NCBI GenBank assembly: GCA_965222885.1
Contig: OZ244973.1
Span: 3,946,141 to 4,010,140, forward strand
Source of the DNA: Terriglobia bacterium
GTDB lineage: Bacteria > Acidobacteriota > Terriglobia > UBA7540 > JAPUME01
Reading direction: 5' to 3'
Length of the DNA: 64,000 bases
Part shown: in pieces, positions 47,844 through 57,288 of the stretch
Numbering within the stretch: the stretch's first letter is position 1
Layout: every line of letters begins with the position of its first letter
Made by a program: the position numbers and the translations under genes
Notes under the pieces: model-generated
What the model was told of the DNA's origin: nothing
The model's database searches: none
What the model saw: the letters and a program-made list of their open reading frames with translations, nothing else

Positions 47844-48275
47844 CTACGGGAGTGCTTCGCCCCGCCGCCTGAGCGCGCTTTCCCTGCCCCGGCGGAAATC
47901 CCGTGCTGGACCTCTCACTCGCCGTACGACCTCCTCCACGATCCGCGGTGCTTCTTCCCTCACTTCACATTCCCAGTAGCGAAGCACATTCCACCCTGCT
48001 GCCACCAGCTTTTGGTCATCTCTTCGGTCGCGAGCTTGGTTCTTTCGGAGCTTCTCGTTCCAGAAGGAAAAATTGTGCACTGGCGTGGAGTAGCGATCGG
48101 GACAGCCGTGCCAGAAACATCCGTCGACGAATACCTCGACTTTCGGGCCAACGAAGCAAAGATCCGGCCGGGTTCCGGCAATCCTGCGATGCAGACGGTG
48201 TCGCAGACCTGCACTCCAAAGAGCCCGCCGAAGCCTAATTTCCGGTTCGGTGTCGTTCCTTCCGACGGCCTGCAT
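47844..48275 (-). CDS. vsr: very short patch repair endonuclease
   Basis: RNDTEPEIRLRRALWSAGLRHRLH, PDLCF....VEVFVDGCFWHGC, FW..K...N..RD, GW.VLRYWE are Vsr hallmark motifs. Confidence 0.85.
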   Translation of the reverse strand: MQAVGRNDTEPEIRLRRALWSAGLRHRLHRRIAGTRPDLCFVGPKVEVFVDGCFWHGCPDRYSTPVHNFSFWNEKLRKNQARDRRDDQKLVAAGWNVLRYWECEVREEAPRIVEEVVRRVRGPARDFRRGRESALRRRGEALP

Positions 48276-48471
48276 GACCTGTCGGCGTTCTTCGGGAGGG
48301 AACGGGTCCAGCTCCCACCGGGGTCACAAGACGGCACTGACAGCCTCCCGTTTCCGAGCCGCGTTCGATACGCGTCGGTCTGTGCGAAGGAGAAGCCCCT
48401 GTGGTCGCCCGTCATCCAACAAGTCGGCCAGAACCTTCCCGTGAGCCTCCGTCTGTGAAATGGAGCAACCG

Positions 48472-49767
48472 TCAGCCGACCGTCACCTTGCCCAACTCTT
48501 TTTCATCGAACTCGACCCCCAGGCCGGGAGCGGTCGGCACTTCGACATAGCCCCCCCGATAGCCCAGCGGCTGTTTGAGCAGCCGGTTTCCCAGGGGTCC
48601 GAGATGGTACTCGCCACCTTCGAGAATCACGGCGTTCGGTGTAGCAGCGCACAAATGGATCGCCGCCGCACGGTAGGGCGCAGACCCCATGCTCGAATGC
48701 GGTGCGTGCAGGACGTTGTGTGCGTGGGCCATGATCGCGATGCGTTTGTATTCCGTGAGGCCGACGCGCGAAACGTCGGGGTTGATGATGTCCACGGCGC
48801 GTTTGTGGAACAGGTCGCGGAACTGGAAGCGGTTGCTGTATTGCTCGCCCGCGCAGATCGGGACATCTAGCGCGTCGGCAAGGCGGGCGTAGCCGTCGAT
48901 ATCTTCAGGCATCAACACGTCCTCCCACCAGCCGACGTTGCCGATTCGGTCCAGCTCGCGCCCGACCCGGGTCGCTTCGTGTAGGGTGTAGGAGCCCAAC
49001 GAGTCCACCAGAATCTCTCCCTTGCCTTTGAGGACTTCAGCCACGGCAGCGACACGCTCCACGTACCCCGCGCCGCCCCCCTTGGCCAATCCCATCTTCA
49101 ACACCGTGTAGCCCTTGCCGGTCAAGCGTTTCACATTCTCAACCAGTTTGGCCATCGTGGCACCGCCCACGCCCTGATAAGTTGGGATTGTGTCGCGGAA
49201 CTTGCCTCCCAGCAACAGATGAACGGGCATGTTTGCAGCCTTGCCAAGAATGTCCCACAAAGCGATGTCGATGCCCGCCATGGCACGTTTGAAGAACCCG
49301 CTGTTGTATCCGCGCAGCCGTTGTGTCGAGTACATCTTTTCCCACAGCACTTCGATGTCCAGCGCATTCTCCCCTAACAGGATCGGGCGGAAGAGGTCGC
49401 TGATGACGGTTTTGACGACGCGGGGCGTCATTACGGCATGCGACTCGCCCCAGCCAACCAGCCCTTCATCAGTGGTCACCTTGACAAGCAGCGTTTGCCA
49501 CTGCTCTGTCTCCCCCTGCCGCACCACCTCAGCGTGCTCAAGTCGCTGCCGCAGGCCCTTGCCACCGGTCATGCGGCCGACCGGTGTCATGGATACGAAG
49601 TAGTCCTCCGGATGCTTGTCAAGATCCGGGGGGTCGCGTAGGATGAAGGCTTCGATTTCAGCGATTCTCTGCGGAGGGTGGGCGGCGGCAACGCCCTGGG
49701 CTCTTAGAAATCCAAGCCCCGCCGGGATCACCCCCGCGGTCATCTTCAGCATTTCCCGTCTCGTCAT
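48472..49767 (-). CDS. enolase-superfamily enzyme (mandelate racemase/muconate lactonizing family), Tat-signal
   Basis: MTRREMLKMTAGVIPAGLGFL, KVTTDEGLVGWGES, a metal-ligand region DSLGSY..., and WWEDVL. Confidence 0.7.
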   Translation of the reverse strand: MTRREMLKMTAGVIPAGLGFLRAQGVAAAHPPQRIAEIEAFILRDPPDLDKHPEDYFVSMTPVGRMTGGKGLRQRLEHAEVVRQGETEQWQTLLVKVTTDEGLVGWGESHAVMTPRVVKTVISDLFRPILLGENALDIEVLWEKMYSTQRLRGYNSGFFKRAMAGIDIALWDILGKAANMPVHLLLGGKFRDTIPTYQGVGGATMAKLVENVKRLTGKGYTVLKMGLAKGGGAGYVERVAAVAEVLKGKGEILVDSLGSYTLHEATRVGRELDRIGNVGWWEDVLMPEDIDGYARLADALDVPICAGEQYSNRFQFRDLFHKRAVDIINPDVSRVGLTEYKRIAIMAHAHNVLHAPHSSMGSAPYRAAAIHLCAATPNAVILEGGEYHLGPLGNRLLKQPLGYRGGYVEVPTAPGLGVEFDEKELGKVTVG

Positions 49768-50519
49768 GGCCGGGAGAACCTCCTTGGAAGAAGATAGCCG
49801 GTTTGAGAAGAGTGACGTAAGACTCCAGGCTTGCCGGGAACCAATTCCACGGTTCGCAGGCTCGAGAGCCGCCCTTCTTTTCCCGAATGACGGAAACCAG
49901 AAGCTCCTGGATCTTATCCGCGAAGCGTTTCACCTCTGCTTCAGGCGCGCCCCGAGGCAGCAGATCGTCCCATTTGTCCAGGAGAGGGTGTTCCCTGGGA
50001 GAGTTCCCAAGATACTTCACCCAGCGTTCAAGGGTCTCTGGATCCAACGATGCCTGCTGGGCGATCTGCTTGAGGTCGCCCTTTGTCGGCCCCAGTACTC
50101 GCCACGCGGCAACCATGTAAGAGGAGGTTCGCAGGGCTAGGATGTCCACGAACTGACGACTCTGCGTCCTGAGAAATTCTTTGAGGGCAGCCTCCTCGGA
50201 GTTCACACCGAATTTTCCCCATTGGCAACCTCCGGCCTCAATCCGATAGAGGCTCCTGAGAGGTTTACACTGCCGTAGCAGCGGGGCTCAGGAATGTCAG
50301 CAATTATCGAAATACTCAGAAATCACGCTTAATAGGACTTTCGATATAACCATCTTAGACCGTGACCGAGGGCAAGTCAACGCTCCGAATGTCTCAGTGT
50401 AGCAATTTCCCTGCCGTTGGATTCTCTCCGCCCGTATTGGAGCGATGCACCGGTATCCCAAAACATTGTTGGGGAAATTTTGTTATGATAATACACGCCA
50501 CCAAAGGAGGATCGAGAAA

Positions 50520-50978
50520 ATGAACCCAACGACTTCTCGTACTTCGTTCGTCCATGGGTGCCAGGCTTCGCTTCTTGCAGCGAGTATTCTTTTCGTGCTC
50601 GCGCCGGTACTTTGGGCGCAATCCGGCTCAAGCAGTTTAAGCGGGCTGGTTACCGACGCCACCGGCGGCGTCATGCCCGGAGCCAAGATCACCGTTTCGA
50701 ACATTGAGAATGGACTGGAAAGGGTTGCTTCGGTCGATGCCGAAGGGCGTTACACCTTCGCCCAGCTCCCGGCCGGCACCTACTCCTTGGCGGCGAAAAG
50801 CGTGGGCTTCGCGGATGTTGTCGTCGAAGGCATCAAGGTCCGGGTCGCCACCAATTCGACATTCAACGTCGTATTCGAATCCTTGCAAGCCGTGGCGGAG
50901 ACGGTCACCATCTCCGCGGATGCCGTTCAATTGAACACCACTGTGCGCGGTTTGTTCAAGTCAGAAGTTACACTATGA
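50520..50978 (+). pseudogene. TonB-dependent receptor, N-terminal fragment (signal + CarboxypepD_reg domain only)
   Basis: AGGAGG RBS. The signal peptide and the pattern LSGLVTDATGGVMPGAKITVSNIENGLERVASVDAEGRYTFAQLPAGTYSL are typical of acidobacterial TBDR N-termini. The ORF ends after ~150 aa, where a plug and barrel should follow. Confidence 0.6.
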
Positions 50979-52048
50979 CGCAACCGATGGATCCGAACCC
51001 ACGAGGGCCTGCCCATCAGGTAAACAACCCCTCAAATCGCTTCCTGACCGAGGTCGGCCACGATCTGGGGCGGCGTGATTTTTTGCGAATCTCCATGGCG
51101 GCTGGACTGGGTTCGATTTTCTTCTGCAATCTGGCCAGAGCCCTGCCCGATAGTGGTGACAAGAAATTCCGGGGAATTTTCCCGATCGTCCAAACTCCGT
51201 ACACGGAGTCCAACCGAGTTGACTTCGCCACACTTCAGAAAGAAGTAGAATTCCTGGATCGCGCCGGCGTTCACGGCATCGTCTGGCCACAGCGTGCCAG
51301 CCAGTACAACCACCTCTCCTTCGAAGAACGTATTGAGGGCGCAGAGGTTATCGTGTCCGCCAGCAAATGGCTAAAACCCGTGGTGGTCATCGGGGTGCAG
51401 GGGCCCGATACGGCGACGGCCATCAAGTACGCCAAGCACGCCGAAAAGCTCCAACCGGACGCCATCATCGCACTGCCCGAGCGTGACCGCGTCAAGCTTG
51501 ATCTGGACCAGGTCGCTCGCTACTATGCCGCCATCGCGAAAACCTGTAGCCTCCCGCTGTTCGTCCAGACCACCGGCAATATGAGCGTGGAATTCGTGGT
51601 GAAGATGGCTCGGGAAATTCCTACCTTACGCTTCATTAAGGACGAGGCCGGACACACCCTCTCTCGCATTGGTGAGTTTCGCCGTGCAGGCGCTGATCTG
51701 GGCCTGTCAGTGTTCACGGGTAGCCACGGACGAACGTTGATCGATGAGATGATCCGGGGTGTCGCGGGGAACATGCCAGCGGCTGGCTGGGTAGATCTGT
51801 ACGTCAAGGTCTGGGATTCCTGGCATGCCGGCAAGCAAACCGAGGCCCTCGCGACGTTCTCGAAGATCATGCTCTTCGTCACCCAATCAATGGCCTACGG
51901 AATACCTGCCCTGCACTACGTCCTGCATCTGCGCGGCGTCTTTCCGAATGGGAAGGTTCGTGGCACGGATTACCCTCCGCTGGACCCACCCGCGAAACAG
52001 TCGTTGGAAAAGACTTTTGAGTTTGTGAAGCCATATTTCACGGGCTGA
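50975..52048 (+). CDS. dihydrodipicolinate synthase family protein (DapA-like lyase), Tat-type leader
   Basis: GRRDFLRISMAAGLG leader. GVHGIVWPQRASQYNHLSFEERIEG, and FIKDEAG (Schiff-base Lys context). Confidence 0.65.
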   Translation: MTQPMDPNPRGPAHQVNNPSNRFLTEVGHDLGRRDFLRISMAAGLGSIFFCNLARALPDSGDKKFRGIFPIVQTPYTESNRVDFATLQKEVEFLDRAGVHGIVWPQRASQYNHLSFEERIEGAEVIVSASKWLKPVVVIGVQGPDTATAIKYAKHAEKLQPDAIIALPERDRVKLDLDQVARYYAAIAKTCSLPLFVQTTGNMSVEFVVKMAREIPTLRFIKDEAGHTLSRIGEFRRAGADLGLSVFTGSHGRTLIDEMIRGVAGNMPAAGWVDLYVKVWDSWHAGKQTEALATFSKIMLFVTQSMAYGIPALHYVLHLRGVFPNGKVRGTDYPPLDPPAKQSLEKTFEFVKPYFTG

Positions 52049-52772
52049 TCCAGTCGGGCCCAGATCCGCTCGATCTCGTTATGGACCTGAACCAAGCGAA
52101 GGATTGCGCCCGCATCGGCTGTGCTCCGCTCCGCCGGCCTCGGTGAGTGTAAACGTTTGCGACAGGGCAAGGCGATTGGAGACGTCGACGCGGAAATAAT
52201 CGGCGGTCAGCGTGAAGGATCCTGTGTCGACCACCAGCCCGGCGGTGGTGTTGACGGACGTCTCGGGCTCGAGCGGCTTGCCGCCCTTCAGCTCAGCCGC
52301 CAGGAAGGTGGAGGGCACGTTGGCGCTGTCGACCAACTGCAGCGTTTTCGGGTCGATGGTGGTCTGCACGTTGAGCGTGTTCTGCTGGCCAGGCGTCGGA
52401 GCGCGGAATCCGGTGCTGATGCCGCCGCGCACTGAGATCGCGTCAGTCAGCTCCAAACGGGCCGACAGTTTACCGTTCGTCGTGGGGCCGAAGAGGTCGA
52501 AGTGCTCGAATCGGAGGGCGCCGCCCACCGTCCACCGGTCATTCGGATCCTGCAACTCCAGGTCGCCGTAGAGCGCCACGTTACTGCGATTCCAGGCACC
52601 GGCCGTATAGTCGGGAAATCCGGGAAATCCGTTGGAGCCGGAGACGAAGCCCTGCGCGGCGTACGGTCCCACCTCCCACGACGGTTTGCCACCAGTGACC
52701 TTCCCCCCTTAAGACGGTCCAGTTGATAAGTTAGAGTAAAGGGTTTCAACTGGACTTGAAAAAGGGGGAAGG

Positions 52773-53051
52773 ATGGCTAAGAAGCGGTATACGGCCGAAC
52801 AGATCATCCGACATCTACGAGAGGCAGAAGTGGAACTGGCCAAAGGCCAGACAACCGGAGAGGTCTGTCGGAAGTTGGGAATCACGGAACAGACATATTA
52901 TCGATGGCGGAAGGAGTACGGGAGCTTACGGGTTGATCAGGTGAGGCGACTGAAGGAACTGGAACGGGAGAATGGCCGACTGAAGAAGTTGGTAGCGGAT
53001 CAGGCGTTGGACCTTGCGATTCTGAAGGAGGCATCCTCGGGAAACTTCTGA
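52773..53051 (+). CDS. IS3 family transposase OrfA (HTH)
   Basis: MAKKRYTAEQIIRHLREAEV...TYYRWRKEYG...RLKELERENGRLKKLVA leucine-zipper end. Confidence 0.85.
   Translation: MAKKRYTAEQIIRHLREAEVELAKGQTTGEVCRKLGITEQTYYRWRKEYGSLRVDQVRRLKELERENGRLKKLVADQALDLAILKEASSGNF
53039..53045 (+). promoter_or_regulatory. slippery heptamer G GGA AAC at the end of IS3 orfA
   Basis: Correctly phased X XXY YYZ in the orfA frame. The same heptamer is present in the degenerate copy, where the -1 frame does lead into orfB. Confidence 0.5.
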
Positions 53052-53073
53052 GCCCGCGTCGACGGAGGAGGCA

Positions 53074-53928
53074 GTGGAGCGTGTCTGCCAGACCTTGGGA
53101 GTGTCGGAGTGTCGGGCGTGTCGAGTGCTGAGGCAGTACCGATCCACCCAGCGGCATCGAACCTTGACACCACAGGATGAACCGCGACTGGTGACCCGGA
53201 CGCTGCAGTTAGCCGGCGAGTACGGTCGATACGGCTACCGGCGGATCACGGCGCTGTTGCGACGGGAGGGGTGGAGGGTGAACCATAAGCGGGTGGAGAG
53301 AATCTGGAGGCAGGAGGGACTGAAAGTGCCGCAGAAACAACCCCGGAAAGGCCGCCTGTGGTGGAACGATGGGTCGTGTCTTCGGTTAAGACCGTGCTGG
53401 CGGGATCATGTCTGGGCGTACGATTTTGTGGCAGATCGAACCCGGGACGGTCGTCCCCTGAAGATGTTGACGGTGGTGGATGAGTACACGCGAGAATGTT
53501 TGGCCATCGACGTAGAACGGCGAGCTGATTCGATACGTGTCTTGGAACGGCTGGCAGCCTTGTTTGTGGAGCGAGGAGTTCCCGATTACCTTCGCTCGGA
53601 TAATGGATCCGAGTTCACAGCACGCTTGGTTCGGAACTGGCTGGAGCGGGTAGGGGTAAAGACCTTGTTCGTCGAGCCGGGGAGCCCATGGGAAAACGGG
53701 TATGTAGAATCGTTGAACGGGAAGTTTCGAGACGAGTTTCTCAATAGAGAGATCTTCTACACCTTGCGGGAAGCGAAGGTGTTGATGGAGGGATGGCGAC
53801 GGGAGTATAACAAAGTTCACCCGCACAGCGCGTTGGGCTACCGGCCGCCAGCCCCGGAAACGATCCTGCCGTTACCGCCGGGTTCCGCTCCGCTCCACCC
53901 GGCTGCAACGGCTTATGGACTAACATAA
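53074..53928 (+). CDS. IS3 family transposase OrfB (rve integrase core), out of the expected frame
   Basis: YGYRRITALLRREGW...WAYDFV...VVDEYTRECL...LRSDNGSEFTA...PGSPWENGYVESLNGKFRDE. The frame is +1 relative to orfA, not -1. Confidence 0.8.
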   Translation: MERVCQTLGVSECRACRVLRQYRSTQRHRTLTPQDEPRLVTRTLQLAGEYGRYGYRRITALLRREGWRVNHKRVERIWRQEGLKVPQKQPRKGRLWWNDGSCLRLRPCWRDHVWAYDFVADRTRDGRPLKMLTVVDEYTRECLAIDVERRADSIRVLERLAALFVERGVPDYLRSDNGSEFTARLVRNWLERVGVKTLFVEPGSPWENGYVESLNGKFRDEFLNREIFYTLREAKVLMEGWRREYNKVHPHSALGYRPPAPETILPLPPGSAPLHPAATAYGLT

Positions 53929-54332
53929 CAAAGTGGACCAACAACCGGGGGCAGGTCACACCAGGGGAATGAAATAGAGGGACTTCAATGGGAAACCTTC
54001 GCACGGGGGAGCATGCCCCCTTTTTCCGTGACTGACCCAGTGCTGTTCTCGGCGATGTTCAGGGTGTTACCCAGGCCCATACTAACTGACTTGCTACGCC
54101 ATAATCAGACACTCAGTAACCGTTACTTTTACTTCAAAGGCTATCGAATAACCGAATTCAGTACCGACGCTCGAACAACTTCGCGGCAGCGGCTTGTTAG
54201 GGGTCCGCGCTGACACGGCCCGAATCGGTCTAGCGAGCTTAAGCATCGAATTTCTCCAGCGTCTCCGATTCCGGCTCCGGCACCCCGTAACGGCCGTTCG
54301 AGAAGTGCCGGTCAACTCCGCTTGCCGCCTTC

Positions 54333-55118
54333 CTAGAGGTCGATATCGACACCGGTCGGGCAGTGGTCGGAGCCCCGCTCGTTGAGCCAGATGAAGGCGT
54401 CGTTCAATCGTTTCATCGCGGTCGGCGACGCGAGGATGTAGTCGATCCGCCACCCGACGTTCCGCTCGCGCGCGCCGCCCCATTGCCGCCACCAAGTGTA
54501 ATGGCCGGGCTCGTCGGGATGCAGGGCGCGAAAGGTGTCCACCCAGCCCGCTTCGAGCCAGCGGTCGAGTTCGGCCCGCTCCTCGGGGAGAAACCCGCTG
54601 TTCTTGACATTGGATTTCGGGCGAGCGAGGTCGATCTCCCGGTGCGCGGTGTTGTAATCCCCGATCACGAGCACCGGGCACCGGCGCCGTAGCCGCTGCG
54701 CACGGTCGAATACCGCCCGATAGAAGTCGAGTTTGTAGCCGACCCGGCTGTTGTCCCGGTCCTTCCCGCTCCCCTTGGGGAAGTAGCCGTTTACAACCGC
54801 GAACCGCCCGCGGTCGGTCCGGAAGTGAGCGGCGATGAACCGGCCCTCGATGTCAAACCGAGGCTCTCCGAGGGAGGTCTCCATCCGGTCGGGCTGGAGC
54901 TTCGAGTAGATGCCGACACCACTGTATCCCCGGCGCTCGGCTACCGTGAACGCAGCGTGCCAGTCGGGCACCGTGCGTGCGGCGGGAGGGATCTCCTCGT
55001 GTAGCGCGCGGACCTCCTGGACGCCGAGGATGTCGGCTCCGGACCGATCCAAAAAGTCCACGAACCCGCGCCGTACGCAAGCGCGAATCCCGTTTACGTT
55101 CCAACTCACAACCCGCAT
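54333..55118 (-). CDS. xth: exodeoxyribonuclease III
   Basis: MRVVSWNVNGIRA...ILGVQE...GDYNTAHREIDL...WRIDYILAS...SDHCP. The start is placed at 55118, whereas the track ORF begins at 55202. Confidence 0.85.
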   Translation of the reverse strand: MRVVSWNVNGIRACVRRGFVDFLDRSGADILGVQEVRALHEEIPPAARTVPDWHAAFTVAERRGYSGVGIYSKLQPDRMETSLGEPRFDIEGRFIAAHFRTDRGRFAVVNGYFPKGSGKDRDNSRVGYKLDFYRAVFDRAQRLRRRCPVLVIGDYNTAHREIDLARPKSNVKNSGFLPEERAELDRWLEAGWVDTFRALHPDEPGHYTWWRQWGGARERNVGWRIDYILASPTAMKRLNDAFIWLNERGSDHCPTGVDIDL

Positions 55119-55529
55119 CGGTTCCCCCTCCGCCACGCCGACCACTAGGCGTCCGCCGTTGGTGGAGCGTCTCTCCGAGGACGCGCCCGCGCTGGTCAGC
55201 ATCGACCACGGCGGAGGCGAGAGCGGTCAAGCCAGGGCTCTGCCGAGGCGAAGACGTTGGACAGCCATAGTTCAGCAAAGTGCTGGTGCATTTCACACCT
55301 GATCCGCAACGCTTAGAGGATGCTCCCAGACCGAATGGAACGGGACTCGCTCCCCTCTCCCGGCCCAGGGCATCATCCCGAAGTGCCGGAACGTTGCGAA
55401 GATCAGTTCGCGCTTCTCGTGCGAACAGGGCACCAATTTATCGCCTTGACGATTCCAAGCATCTCTGACCTGCCATCGAGAGCACCGATCTAGCCATGGC
55501 GGCCGCTACGATTGGTCGAATAGGCCCAG

Positions 55530-56189
55530 CTACACGAAATTCAGGTTGAGTGTAGTGACGTAGTACGGCCGCAATTCGACCGTGATCACAAGCTTTGCAG
55601 TCTTGTCGTCTGCTTGCGGATCAAGCAGAGTGTCCGTCTCCACGGAGAAATCACTCACTTGTGTGTCATCCTCTAGCAAACAAAAGAACGGGTACTCACC
55701 CGGTCCAGGTTTGGAATCATCGTCAACAAGCTCATTTGGGCTCTTAGGCATGCGAAGCGCGTCAATCAGTGTCTTGACGCGATTGTCGATATCCCCCGCA
55801 CTAATCACCTGGCCGGGGATATCTCGGCGCAGAAACAGAATCTTCAATGAGCACAGAAGTGAGAATGGTTTCAGCACGAGAGGAACAAAACGGTATCCGT
55901 ACTGGTGGTATTCGGCTGCCGCTTCTATTGCTTTCCTGAGTGGGACCATCTCAGCGGGATCTGGTGCCCACTGCGCATATATGCTATCTGCTGCGGGCAC
56001 TTGTTCCCTCCAGTGTTTGGGAGAAACCTTGTACTCGCTAAGAAACCTGTCAGTTTCCCATAGGCACTTTAGCTGCTTGTGGAAGTGACGCCTAATTCCG
56101 TGCTTGTGATTCGCTAGACGGTTTGTTTCCGTTTTGGGCTCGTTCCCAGTGGGCCTTAATTTACCCTCATAGGTGAGACGGAACTTCAT
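55530..56189 (-). CDS. hypothetical protein with a RusA-like core motif; tentative
   Basis: 219 aa. LKILFLRRD.....ISAGDIDNRVKTLIDALRMP....LLEDDTQVSDFSVE resembles the RusA resolvase pattern (D.DN..K...DAL.....DD.QV), with a long insert. Confidence 0.3.
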   Translation of the reverse strand: MKFRLTYEGKLRPTGNEPKTETNRLANHKHGIRRHFHKQLKCLWETDRFLSEYKVSPKHWREQVPAADSIYAQWAPDPAEMVPLRKAIEAAAEYHQYGYRFVPLVLKPFSLLCSLKILFLRRDIPGQVISAGDIDNRVKTLIDALRMPKSPNELVDDDSKPGPGEYPFFCLLEDDTQVSDFSVETDTLLDPQADDKTAKLVITVELRPYYVTTLNLNFV

Positions 56190-56290
56190 AAGATTCCATG
56201 ATACCGCGAAGGCCCCCTGGCGCGCTCAATGACGGGACTTGAGGACCTCTCAGGATTACCCAGGAGCCACGCACAATGGCCGGGCCGGCT

Positions 56291-56734
56291 CTAACCCTGT
56301 CCGAACCTCAAATTGTTCTCAACTTCCCGTAAATAGGTCAGATACCTTTCGCGGAAATCGTCAGGATTTTGGACGGTCCTCGCATTGAGTTCCCGACACT
56401 TAATTGCTACTTTCTCGTGGTCGAATTCCATCGGTTCAGGTGAGTGGGCAAATTTGTTACGAATCTTTGCGACAGTACGCAGGCCATCTCGAATCTCCTT
56501 ATCATAAAGTCCGAGGGCATAAGCAATTTCTATCTTGACCCGGAGTCGTAGCTCGCGAGAATCCTTGAATGTTTTGTCACGGGATTCTATAGCTTTTTGT
56601 AGCCGGTCTTCGAAAAGGGCTACAGCAAGAACAGCGGCACCTCTATCGCTCTCTCCGTCAAACAACTGGTAGTAGTTATAGGACTCGGCGTAAGCCTCTT
56701 CGAGGCTTTCTTTGACCGTCCTTTTCTCGCTCAT
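56291..56734 (-). CDS. HEPN-superfamily protein (MtlR/DUF4145-like)
   Basis: 147 aa, all-helical pattern. ESDRGAAVLAVALFEDRLQKAI and KIRNKFAHS (R-x4-H). Confidence 0.5.
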   Translation of the reverse strand: MSEKRTVKESLEEAYAESYNYYQLFDGESDRGAAVLAVALFEDRLQKAIESRDKTFKDSRELRLRVKIEIAYALGLYDKEIRDGLRTVAKIRNKFAHSPEPMEFDHEKVAIKCRELNARTVQNPDDFRERYLTYLREVENNLRFGQG

Positions 56735-56877
56735 CTAGTTTCCTCCTCGACGCGCCCGATCCGAAGATTCCGGCGCGGCGTGGCGCTCCGAATGGTCGAT
56801 AAAGGTCCCCTGGGATTGTCGATCTCGGATTTACTTACAGCCCCAGCTTGGCGGCGCGCATCGACCAGCATCTTCGA

Positions 56878-56900
56878 TGACCAGACCGATTTTTGTACCA
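56878..56900. repeat. repeat S2: second copy of the IS3-type terminal IR
   Basis: tgaccagaccgatttttgtacca matches 41828..41851 with one 1-nt indel. Weaker similarity continues ~15 nt further and also to the left-end region of IS3 copy 2 (ccagt...tagagtaaagg vs ccagt...tagatgaagg). Confidence 0.7.
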
Positions 56901-56997
56901 GTCGTTGTGAGTGATTAGATGAAGGCGTTGGCTTCTTGAGACCGAGTAGCCTGGGTCGTGATGCAACGACCCAGTCTTGGAAGGGAGGAGCTGAGCG

Positions 56998-57288
56998 ATG
57001 CACCTAATCGGATGCGATTTTCACACACGTTTTCAGCAGATGGCAATGACGGATTGCCGGAGCGGCGAGATCATCGAGCGCCGACTGGACCACGAGACAG
57101 GTGAAGCACGGAAGTTTTACGCAGCACTTCCGGGTCCGGCGCGCATCGGGATGGAAGCCACCGGGCGAACCAACTGGTTTGAGCGGATGCTCGCCGAGCA
57201 GGGACACGAACTCTGGGTAGGAGACGCAGCACAGATCCGTGCGGGGGTGGTCCGGAAACAAAAGATCGATCGCCGATTACTGCAACAA
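56998..57288 (+). pseudogene. IS110-family transposase, N-terminal (DEDD) fragment only
   Basis: MHLIGCDFHTRFQQMAMTDCRSGEIIERRLDHETGEARKFYAALPGPARIGMEATGRTNWFERMLAEQGHELWVGDAAQIRAGVVRKQKIDRR matches the IS110 N-terminal domain. The homology stops after DRR, where S3 begins. Confidence 0.7.

Larger units (their letters stand above)
52695..53958 (+). mobile_element. IS3-family (IS407-group-like) insertion sequence (copy 2)
   Basis: IRs tgaccttcccccc... / ...gggggcaggtca (the right IR matches the TGACCTGCCCCC termini I recall for the IS407 group; the left has a T at the seventh position). Identical caccag on both flanks (52689-94 and 53959-64). Confidence 0.8.
52079..54004 (-). pseudogene. TonB-dependent receptor, C-terminal barrel fragment interrupted by IS3 copy 2
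   Basis: Removing 52695..53964 (the IS plus one copy of the flanking caccag) joins ...PLFHSPGGKPSWEVGPYAAQGFVSGSNG...GALRFEHFDLFG...GISTGFRAPTPGQQ... in one frame. There is no plug or N-terminus upstream of 54004, and the C-terminus is atypical. Confidence 0.55.

Noticed and set aside
49658-50206. 182-aa minus-strand ORF as a confident gene
   Set aside because: Its 3' third overlaps the start of the enolase-family gene and turns low-complexity. The N-terminal part looks protein-like, but I recognise no family, so it is probably a fragment and is left unannotated.
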